Assembly (NCBI GenBank): GCA_028023455.1
Contig: JAQFVV010000010.1
Location: 12,586,001 to 12,650,000, forward strand
Direction of reading: 5' to 3'
Origin: Epiperipatus broadwayi
Taxonomy: Eukaryota; Animalia; Onychophora
Length of the DNA: 64,000 bases
Part shown: positions 40,880-51,682 of the stretch, in pieces
Numbering within the stretch: position 1 is the stretch's first letter
Layout: each line of letters starts with the position of its first letter
Translations under genes and position numbers: made by a program
Notes under the pieces: model-generated
Database searches by the model: none
What the model saw: the letters and a program-made list of their open reading frames with translations, nothing else
Told to the model about the DNA's origin: nothing

Positions 40880-41646
40880 TCATGGCACTGTTTTGTCCCT
40901 TAGTTGATATATAGTTAATACTGTACATTCTACGATTTGTGCCTGGATCACATTTTCTTTGTCGACTATCCCTTCCTGGTGATTATCTACATGCACATGC
41001 AAGGTGGCTCTTAGTTCGGCATTTGAAACGTGGTTTTTTGGCTATGTTGCCTGTTTTCCCGCAGCAGTAGCATTTAATTCTGTTATTTCTCTGGGGTTCC
41101 CATTGAAATGAACTTATTTCTGCTTTATCCGTTTTGAACACTTGCAAGTTGATTTGATCTTTTGATCTGAAAGCCTGTGCCTGTTCTAGAATTAGCTCAT
41201 AAGCTATTCCTTTCTTTATAGCACTTTCCTAGGTTAAGTCTGCCTCTGTTCTGAGCCTTCCATCAGACATTCCTTATAGCAGCTGATCTAGTAATATTTC
41301 TTCTACAAAATTACCATAAGCACAATCTTTCGCTAGTTCTTTGAGTGCTAAATTATTTTGTTTCACTATTTAGTTGTTTTCGATTTCTTAACTGTAGGCA
41401 TGCTATGTGGCAGGATGGGCGAGAGCTAAAAAATTCATTTAGCCTCTGGGATAATTCCTTCAATGGTACATTCTCATCTATGGGATTTTTATATAATCTA
41501 TGGCTATTTCAATAATTTTTTTCCCCGGAGAAACCTAGGAGGGCGGCTACTTTGCACTTGTTGTCTTCTTGCGACAGATATAGTGGCCAATCAGCCGTGT
41601 TGTCCACGTCTAATTCTCCAATAGAGTTTTGTCCGAAAACTGACAT
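40880..41646 (-). mobile_element. Ty3/Gypsy gag (decayed)
   Basis: MSVFGQNSIGELD...DWPLYL...KVAALLG...LKELAKDC.YG...LLDQL..G...CYCCGKTGNIAK. Confidence 0.85.
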
Positions 41647-41693
41647 TTATAACTAATTGCTAATTATTCACTATGATTTTAGGTTCAAGTAAT

Positions 41694-41843
41694 TTGACTG
41701 CACCAGATTGTTGTGTATTGACTCTTCAATTACAGCGCACAAATGTTAATTCATGAACTAGTTAGAGTTTAAGGTAATACATCATCTGATCATCCACACC
41801 GCTCGATGGCGCTGTTGCTAGTGAAAAACAAATAGATATAACA
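41694..41843 (-). mobile_element. Putative 5' LTR (41709-41843, TGT...ACA) and primer-binding site (TGGTGCAGTCAA)
   Basis: TG...CA ends; TGG-initiated PBS 3 nt after the LTR, directly upstream of gag. Confidence 0.6.
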
Positions 41844-42224
41844 TTACCAGGCTGTTTTTATTTTGTTGATTTATGTTTTTAATTTTTGGATTTGTTTTAT
41901 TTTTTTGACCGGTTTTATGTATATTTTTTAAAAATGAATAAATTGTTTGTTTTTTTTATTTTGTTTTTATAAAACATTCGGTCATTTTTTTTTCTTTAAA
42001 AGAAAAAATTTTTCCGGTCTTTTTTTTTTAAGAAACTTTTTTTTTCAGTCTTAAAAAGCTTTTTTTTTTCTCATTTACCGGGTTTTTATTCATAAACAAA
42101 TACATAGAAATGGTTTCTTTTATTTACATTTTTTTTTTGTTTTAACAACCAAAAAAGAAAAAAACAGTTGCAAAACAAACAATAAAAAAACTTTTTATTT
42201 CATAGAAAGACAAACAATATCATT

Positions 42225-43098
42225 TCACTGCTGTAAATTCATCTCTTCTAAGATGGCACAGAACACATCTTGGTTCTTTTTCAGTCGTCTCCACAGAAAT
42301 TCTGCTATGTAGTTCTCAGGATCTTCTCTTCGTGTGCCTCATGTTTGCTTGTTTCGCCATTTAAGAGAATCCCAAAAGTGTTCAATGGTCTGAGTATGCA
42401 TATCAGTGTCAGGGTCCACAAAATTGTATTTGTGATTGACTCTCATGTGGTGAAATCCGGAAGCCTCCAATTCAGAAGTTCTGTATCCTTTCCAGCAATC
42501 AGAATAGATGCTGGAACCAGGCCTGATGTTCTCATGGATGGACTGCATAAGGATGTTGGCCGGGAGGGTACAGCCACCACAAAACAATCGCCTGTCTCAC
42601 GACAGACATCCCCAAAAATCCATTGCTGCAGAAGGATTCTGCCCTGGTGATATTTTTGTCGACTGAACATGGTTTCATCGACTTCCACTGTCATAACGGG
42701 ACCGCCATTTGGCGGCATGGAGAAACAAGGCTTTCTCGACAGAGCTCTCTAAGAGCTGTCGTCATATTCCTTACGGTATTTTCACACATTTCCAACTCAG
42801 CTCCAATGCGCTTTACTGTAAGCTCATCCCGGCTCCAATAATAAATTAGCCGTACTGCTTTTAAAAAAGTGATTCGGCAGCCCTCAAACCATGTTCCATG
42901 ATGAATGGAACACCTTCGTCAACATTGCCGTGATTGGCATTCCATTTCAGATGTTTGACAACGCTTTAATCTCATTAAACAACCACAAATGCAGTTTTTC
43001 TGGGTGGGTAAAATATTTTTCTGTTGAAGAAAGGCCACCGCATCTGCTTCTGTACCAGGCAAATCTAAAAACTTAAACACCGAACGATCGTCTGCCAT
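42225..43098 (-). mobile_element. Merlin (IS1595/ISXO2-like) transposase pseudogene
   Basis: Zinc-ribbon N-terminus, GP..TVEVDETMF..KYHQGR...QWIFG, IRPGSSIYSDCWKGY, VNHKYNFVDP...HTQTIEHFW...YIAEFLWR; 2 stops and 2 frameshifts. Confidence 0.9.
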
Positions 43099-43406
43099 TG
43101 ACCTGTGTTGATCTCGAAAAAGTATCGAAAAGTGCGCGACTTTATTGTGAACTTTTCCAAATCATGATTTACACTCCACATTTAGTGCATTTTGACACCT
43201 GAGAATGAAAGTAGGGGCGTTTGATAATTAGTTAGAATTTGTAGTAACTCACATGAATTACAATACATTTAACCAAAAAAAAAAAAAAATCCGTTCTAAT
43301 ATAATTTTTGTCATTACAACTACAGAAACCTTCATATCGTACGCTGTACAATAGTCAAGAGTAATGTCTATAGAGAGTGCTGCAACTCATCGCTTATAAT
43401 GTTTAC

Positions 43407-43522
43407 ATGCGCCATCGAGTGGTGTGGATGATCAGACGATGTATTACCGAGTTTAATTCCCAAAATAGTTTGATGCTAACTAGTTTATTTGTGCGTTGTA
43501 ATTGAAGAGTCAATACACAGCA
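43407..43522 (+). mobile_element. Second LTR-like copy, opposite orientation
   Basis: gcgccatcgagtggtgtggatgatcaga...gtaattgaagagtcaatacaca is the reverse complement of 41712-41813. Confidence 0.75.
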
Positions 43523-43692
43523 AGTGCTATGACATATTTATTGTTATTACAATCACATATGGCATCAGATTATGGAAAAGTTATTTATTATTATATTTAT
43601 CAAATGGATAAATAAATTTATATTTGTCTTAGCTTTATTTCTGTAGAGTTTATGGCTGATAGCAAGCACAATATAAAAGCACTTTTCTCAAC
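43523..43692 (+). repeat. 170 bp direct repeat, right copy
   Basis: Matches 39806-39975. Confidence 0.9.
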
Positions 43693-46600
43693 TGAGTTTC
43701 TCTTGCTCATCTATGATGTAGCCTGATATTGCATTACAATATATATATATATTATAATAAAAATAATAAATTTAACGGTAACAAACTATTATAAATAATC
43801 CTTAAATCCACAGAAGTACTTTCGGTTAATTTCTTAAACCTGCCTCAACTAGCATTAAGTTTATTATTTTTATTATAATTACAATTTTGTTTTAATTAAC
43901 AGACATTTTATTTATTTTATATATATATATTCAGTGGGAATTGAAGTTGATGAACATTGAAAGAATCTAAATTCTTAATGATGTATTCAAATTTTTATAT
44001 TTAGAGTAATTGGTATAAACTTATTATCATTTATAATGTTTGTTATCCTAGGAAAGTATTTTGGTTTTAGGTTGCTAATTGAAGATTGCATATTACTTTG
44101 AAAAGGACTAGACTGTAAAATTTTTATTGCAAACGTTTTTGGTACTTAAAATATTGAATTAACCTTAGATTATGTATTGGATCATTAACCTGACTAATAT
44201 AATTGAAATTTACTTATGATTTTGCTGTTATTTTTTCCTTAAATTTTGTTATTAATGATTTTTTTTCTCAAAGAATTAAATTGAAAAGTCTTTCTTTCGT
44301 TGAACATAACCATGTAAAACAAAACATTTACATATTTATTATTTAGAGAGAGAAGTTTTTGGAAAAACAAATATTTTTTTCCTATATTAAATGTGAAAAA
44401 TTGATTTTTTTTTTTAATGGACTATTAATTGTTTTTAATGCTCTATATGTCAAATGACGATTATTTGTATTTCAAATAGAATTAGTTTATATGATTTTCA
44501 TTGCAATTAATTTTGGAATTTAAATTACATTTAAGTAGTAATAGAAACCATTACATTCATTCTTTTGAGGTGAGGCCAAGATGGCCATTATCTTTTATTA
44601 AGACATTTAATATACAAATTAAAAAGCATATGCAACACTTGAACGAGAAGCTATACCGATTCCAAAAATTATTATGCGCTAATGTATACTTTAACTTGTC
44701 AACTTTCAGTGCATTAAAAAGGTTAAATTATTTGAATAAACAGATAATTTTTTTATTTTGTGAAGACTATAATTTTAATAATCCATTGATGAAAAACTGA
44801 TATCATAGAGTCTTCAAATTATCTTTTCTAAATTTCTGGACAAAATTCTATTCAGATTTTGATAATCTCATTATGACATATTGATTTCCTAGAAGAAATT
44901 TGCACAATGTCACTATGTAGAGTTTCATATTTTCAAATGAATTTCCAAAGCATATCAGGCTGCAGGAATGACTGGGTTTTCAGCCGCCAAATTCACCATG
45001 AATTTGGATAACTATATAAGTAATAAAATGATTGCAGCAAATATTGGCATCATTTGTTTGTTTTCTTTGAAATTACCATGGTCTCAATAAAAAGTTTCTT
45101 TCTCCCAACCCTGTTTATTTTAAGTATTTGTAAGTTTATTGCAATGATGGCAATCATGTACTGGGGGGGGGGGATTAAATCCTAGGCTTCATAGATTGTA
45201 ATAGTTTTATGTAAAACAGTATCATCAGTAAAAACTACGAAGAAATATTCAGTTTTATTAATAAGACTGGGTCACCAATAGATTTTTAGGTATTTTAATA
45301 CATCAACTATTAAAACAACAATGAAATAAACAAGTAGATTATTACCACGATTCAATATTAATTAGAATTTTTATATTCTGATTTTTCTACAAGCAAGACT
45401 TTTATAATTAATGTATTACTGAAAGACTTGCTTATCGTTATCTTTCCTGCTAGCAAAATTTAAAAGAAATTACCAACTTTACTTAAAAATATCTAGCAGT
45501 AACTGCAATCTGATGTTTATCATTTCAGAACCCTCTAAATGAATTATCTATAATGAATTCCCAAGTTTCTTCTGGCTTTATAAGATTAAAAGTTTATTAA
45601 ACTAAGTGGTAATGCTAATTTCTAACCTAACGTTTATGCAGAATTTATTAGAATACATTGGTAAGATTCTTTTAATTACCCTAATTTTTTTAAACTCAAG
45701 TATATTGATTTAACCTTTTTGTAGATGCACATTTTTATAGTTATGACTATCAGTATCTTTTAGAATTGAGAACAGAATGAAAATTAAGTTTTCATATATA
45801 TTTTTTAAGCCCTTTGATACTCTAGATATGTATTAGTTGTTAAAATGCATTGAATTACTTATAATGATTTTCCAGAAATTCTGACTACAGCAAAGATCAC
45901 AACTAAGGCTTGTTAGCTCATTAAAAATTGCGGCTGTGATTGCTTTTTTATTTCCAAGGGCTTGAGCTTTAAAAAAATAAAGAGAAGGAACAGAGAATTG
46001 GAATCAAAAATGTTGTGCCTGTAGTTGAAGGATGGAAATGTTGTTGCACAAACATACAATCCCTTTGCCACACTTATTACAAGAGAATGTTCAATGGCAT
46101 GAGAGGCTCATGACAAACAGATCTTACAATAATTTAAATGGCTGAAGAAAGAAAAGATGAAAACAGAAAAGATTGTTTAAAATGGAAAACAGTACTTAGC
46201 TTGTAGATGAATCAATATACCTACAAAGTAATAGGAGCCCTTGATTGGGCACTGTTTAATGATTGGCCTTTATATCTAAAGGCCATTCCATTTTCTGCCA
46301 GCTGTGGAACCCATCAGTAGTACGAACAAAGCGTCCAACAAAAGAGCTACTGTTGCTACTGTCAATTTTAATTAATGATTAACTAGAAACGTTATTGCTG
46401 AACCTATTTTTCTAGTTATATAGAATTTTTCACTTATTTGTTTATTTGTATCTTAGTAAAACAATGAAAATATTTAATTTAACATATATAGAGATGAAAG
46501 CTACCTAGAATATTTATGCGTTTTTAAATTCTAACATTTTTAAAACCATTTCATTTATATTTTTAATATTATTAATCCTGTTATACATTTGTATATATGT

Positions 46601-46786
46601 ATCTTTATATTATTCAGTATCAAAAAATTTTGACCAACAGCTTGATATTTTTATCAATCATCTGAATTAAATGTGGTTTTAGTTCAAATATTTCATTATT
46701 TGAAATGATGTTAATAATTTACAATGTGAAAAAAAATTTAAATGCTATTAAATGTCATTTGTTATCTTAGTAGGTTTATTATTTTT

Positions 46787-46868
46787 ATTATCATCATCAT
46801 CATCATTATTATTATTATTATTATTATTATTCTCCCTCTCCTCTTTCTTCTTCTTCTCCTCCTCCTCT
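46787..46868 (+). repeat. Compound microsatellite (ATC)n(ATT)n then CT-rich tract
   Basis: Directly visible, about 30 nt upstream of the exon J acceptor. Confidence 0.9.
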
Positions 46869-46900
46869 TATTTTTAAATTAATGTTAAAAATTGTTTTAG

Positions 46901-47038
46901 GAGTTTCGTGCTTTTGAATTATTGAGGAGTGGGTTGGATCGATCTCGCTATCTTCTCGTAAAAGAAGCTAAAATTATTGCTATGACTTGCACTCATGCTG
47001 CATTGAAACGAAGAGAACTTGTAGATCTTGGTTTTAAA
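46901..47038 (+). CDS. AQR: AQR exon J ([36 protein letters not shown])
   Basis: ttttag / gtaaga. Confidence 0.97.
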
Positions 47039-47149
47039 GTAAGAATTTTATTCTAAGTGAATATTTTAAATAAATATTATATTGTATTTAATCATGCAAT
47101 GATATTTTGACAAATACATGAGATTCACTTCTTTTTTTTTTGCTTTTAG

Positions 47150-47221
47150 TATGATAACATTCTGATGGAAGAAGCAGCTCAAATATTAGAAATTGAAACA
47201 TTTATTCCTCTTTTATTACAG
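47150..47221 (+). CDS. AQR: AQR exon K (YDNILMEEAAQILEIETFIPLLLQ)
   Basis: tttag / gtaaaa; motif II. Confidence 0.97.
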
Positions 47222-47291
47222 GTAAAATAAGAAAATATGTATGTAATTCTATATGTGCATATATATTAGAATAAATGAATAAAACTGTCAA

Positions 47292-47371
47292 GCATTGGTA
47301 GTCGAGAGATCAGCGACAGCTGCTTTTCAAGCAGTTGTCCCAGGTTAGTGGGTTCACTTCCCGGATGATGC
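47292..47371 (+). pseudogene. tRNA-like relic or SINE head
   Basis: GCATTGGT start, GCTGC-TTTTCAA-GCAGT stem-loop, GGTTCACTTCCCGG B-box-like, ...GATGC end. Confidence 0.4.
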
Positions 47372-48647
47372 TATGACACATGAGGAAAAAAAAATGAATA
47401 AAACTGAAAAAGGTTACACAACAACAAATATTGTTTTATTTAATATTAAAATAATTTTTTCCAACAATATGTTATTGCTTCCTATTGTGAATGTTTTCAG
47501 TCTATTATACGTAGTACCATCTATATATATATATTTTGATAAATACTTTTTTTCTTATGATTATATATATACATCACAATGAAAAAATAATATTATGTAA
47601 TTATAACCATACCTTTAAATTAAAAGAGGTTTTTTTCATAGCTTACATTATTATTTATCATTAATAAAGATTTCTATCAATAAATTTATATGTTTTATTT
47701 ATAAATAAAATAATCTAATAATAATACATAAATGTATATACAAGCCTCTCTACACCTTTTTGACAAATTTATACATTCAAAGATATATTATATAATTTTC
47801 CTTTCATGCTAAATGATTTGTATTAAACGTGAATGAAGACTTATATATTGTATATATAGATTTTCATAATGTTTCATATATGTATAGAGATGGGTGCATC
47901 TATATCTTACATGTATATGTGATTATAAAGAAAAGATACATATATTTTTATATAAATGTATATTAATGATAAATAATAATATAAGCTATAAATAGAAAAA
48001 AAAAATTCTTTAATTTATCAGTATGAATAAAGTGCCTAATAATTTTTTTTTTCATTTTTGCATAATATAGATAATAGTTATATGAGAAAAGATGAAAGGA
48101 AATTTTAAAAAAGTTATAGTTGGAGAGTTTTGCCCGTTTTAAGTTATATTTATTTACATTTTACAATAATATAATAAAATAATGTCCTCATTTTATTGAA
48201 GATACAACTTCATTGAAAGATTAAAATGTAATAGCTAAGTAAATATAAATTAATATCTTTATTCTTTGTCCAGATCCACCAAAAGATTTCTTAAGTAAGA
48301 GTGAGAAATATGAAAGTATATAAGTAGCATAACTGAGGTTTTTTTTTTAAAAAAAAAATTAAATACTTTAATTTTTTAAAAGCTTTTACTATTATTTTTT
48401 AAATTCTTTATGCAAATAAACTTTCAGAGCATTATGTAGCAAAGAAACTATAATATCTTTGAACACACACACACATATATATATATATATTAGATGGCTG
48501 CTCTAACAATATGTAAAACTTTTAATATGTGTTGATATCAAACATGCACACACTATATAATTCAAAAGCAAAATATATATAAATCAAAACTTTAAAATAA
48601 TATAATATATTGAACAATTATATAAATAATAATAAATTTTGTTGAAT

Positions 48648-48688
48648 CTTCAAACGTTTTCGAAGGCATAACCTTCATTATCAAGAAG
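48648..48688 (-). ncRNA. Minimal type I hammerhead motif, U3-A8 core variant (family H3)
   Basis: CUUC / UUGAUAA-u / GAAGG-UUAUG-CCUUC / GAAA / palindromic AACGUU helix III / U / GAAG. Confidence 0.65.
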
Positions 48689-49904
48689 TACAAACTCTTC
48701 GTTTTTTCACGAAGTATTAATATGCAAATATGCGATAAAACCAGGCAAAATATGCAAATATAAAAACCCAGATCCTTTTAAATATTCAAGTTCTTCAGAT
48801 CAATATCTTTTAAACTGATTATCTAATTAAATCTTAAAAATAAACAAATGCCAGTCAGTTTTCATATGAACATACTCTTATTCATAACTGATAATTTTAA
48901 AACTTGATCTCTTCTATCTTTCATCTATATAGTCTTTAATATATGGGGAGTTTCATAAAGTTTATTTACTCTTAGCTTATTTTAAGCATAATTATGTGAG
49001 TCATTTTGTTTTTTAAAACGTAAATCTTTAAATAGTTCTTATTCATAATATATTATCTACCAAAAAGCTCTAATTAAGTTGTCAGTGATGAAAATGGTAG
49101 TTATTAAAAAAAAGGGCATTACTGTGAGCAATTGGTATTTCAAACAGAGTGGTTTATAAAAGAAATGATAATAAAAATCATTTATGTGGTGGCACTTAAT
49201 TTCATTATAAACTTTTCATAGGCTGTTGCAAAGGCCAAGCAATATGTTCAAGATTCTGATAGACTTAATAAAGAGATGCCTATAGCAGCCCTTCTTATTG
49301 GTGTAGGTGAAAAAGCATTGGACTAAAATAATTTTATTACTCCCATTGTTGAGTTTATATTTTTAGCTCCACCACTACTAAAGCACAGACAAAAATAAAA
49401 AAACTTCTTAAAAAAATTGCAGATTAATTTTTATATCTCAGAAATATGGGAATATTTTTATGAAGTTGTTATTAGTGCTATTATCTGTAAAATCAACTGT
49501 TGTATTAAGTATTGATAATTAAATCATCTATCTAAAATGTATAATACATTATACTTGTAAATATATAAATTATAATCCTTCTCAAGATTAAAAAGTCAAT
49601 AGTTTTTTTGAAAATATTTATATAAGTAAAATTACGAAACATAAATTGGAATATTTTGATTGTATAATGAATTTATAAAAAGCTATAACAAAAGTATTAA
49701 TAAATGAAAGTCTTATTTGATAATTAGTTACATTGAACATTTCAATTGTTAAACCACTAAACATCACATGATCACCATCCATTTCAATTGTTCTTAGACG
49801 ATTGAATTTTTGTTTTTTAATCCTTTTTTATTTCATCATGTTTTTGTTCTGACCGTGTCATGCGGCCGCTTGATGGCGCTGTTGCTTGCAAAAATAATGG
49901 GTTG

Positions 49905-51180
49905 TGTTCTGATCTATCTTGTCAGCCGCTTGACGGCACTATTTCTAGCTAAATTGCTAGAAATATGCCGCAGCCAAGGAGATAGCTTTCATTTCTACGA
50001 TAAAACACAGAAAGAATCAGTTTACTCGGCTGCCAGCTAATGCGTGGTATTTTTTCTATGCAAAATGCCTTCATTGGCTGTCGTAGTTTTATCGTAATGC
50101 TGGGTTGTATATTTATCGCTACAGTATCGTGTGATGGTGTGTTGACTGCATCACGTCTAAATAATTTAACTTTTCAGGTTGACCTTTTTTTGTTTCATGT
50201 GAACTGACCTACTGGTACCTTCTAACACTTTTAACAGTGTCGTCACTGATCCATCAGGACTGTGTTAGCGTTACAAATTGGATTTTAGGGTGGGACACAG
50301 CACTATTTCGAAAATCACAATGAAAGTAACGTATCGCGAGAAATCATCCGAGACAGGTAAGATGGCTGCTTCCAACTTTCAAAATTGCCTATTGCCAGAC
50401 ACCGGAGTCGTATTTCATTATAATAGTTTGTTATAATTATTAATAACTTTATTTGGTAAATTGCAATCGAATTTACTTTCCCCTTTGACCCCAAAATGCA
50501 GTGTCTGATTAATTACTGTCCAAGAAAGGGTAAAATATGATTTAATTTTTTCTTAAAAAACTACCGCAACTTTTCCGATATGTAGAAACAAAAACAAAAA
50601 AGCCCGTTTCTGATTAATTAGTGTCCAAATAAGTCTCCACTAGATTTACTATTATATGTTATTAAAAAGTAACGTAATTTTATGTATACACACACACAAA
50701 AGGAGTGCAATATAATTTAATCCCCCCCCAAACATGGTGCCTTATTAATTACCGTCCAAAAAAAAAGGGGGTAAAATGTAATTTAATTTTGTATTTAAAA
50801 AGTACCGTAACTCTTCAGATACACAAAGTAACAAAAAAAAGAAGCCTGTCTCTGATTAATTACTGTCCCAAAAAGATCAAAGTCAGCTTTCATTGTAAAA
50901 TTTTGTTGGAATTACTGTCCAAAAAAGTCTCCAATGTACTATTATTTGCTATTGGAAAGTAATGTACTTTTTTATCGACACCCACACACACAAATAAGCC
51001 AGTCTAATTAATTACTGTCCCAAAATGTCTGTTTACATTTTTATATTTTGTTTTAATTTTTTTTTTTAATTTTATGGACATCATAGTTGTATAGAATGGC
51101 TGGCCCAGGAACGTTATATCAATGTGTTTTTGCTTAGCATCAACGCCATCAAGCAGCTGACACGATAGATCAGAACATTA
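49905..51180. mobile_element. Non-autonomous DNA transposon with ~40 bp TIRs and internal repeats; possible PIF/Harbinger relic
   Basis: tgttctgatctatcttgtcagccgcttga vs reverse complement at about 51145-51178; about six ctgattaattactgtcc units; FRVGHSTISKI peptide near 50284-50318. Confidence 0.6.
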
Positions 51181-51494
51181 CCAAATAATGAAATATAATG
51201 TTACCGGGCCTCTGCTCTCTGCCAATTTTTCAAAGTATTTTTAAAAAATTTCCGATGGTATTTAACAGAATTTACATTTTAAAAATATATAAAACAAAGA
51301 GTTCGAAAATGTGTATTATTTTCTGAATGCAAATTATAATAAATACATGCACTAGTCTGAGCGAACCAAGCTGGAAGCGCTGGAATGTGCGGGAGGGGGG
51401 GTGTTTTTACTTTTTATTAATTAATTATTAAATAATAATTTAATTTTAAGAATATATATAAAAATTGATTTTTTGAATTTTTTTTATTTTATAG

Positions 51495-51682
51495 AATCCT
51501 GAAGATGGTTATAGTCGTTTAAAAAGATGGATTATGATTGGTGATCACCACCAACTTCCTCCTGTTATTAAAAACATGGCTTTCCAGAAATATTCCAATA
51601 TGGAACAATCTTTATTTACAAGATTTGTAAGACTTGGTGTACCAACTGTAGATTTGGATGCTCAGGGACGTGCAAGACCCAG
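51495..51682 (+). CDS. AQR: AQR exon L ([23 protein letters not shown]...QGRARP)
   Basis: atag / gtaaat; motif III. Confidence 0.97.
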
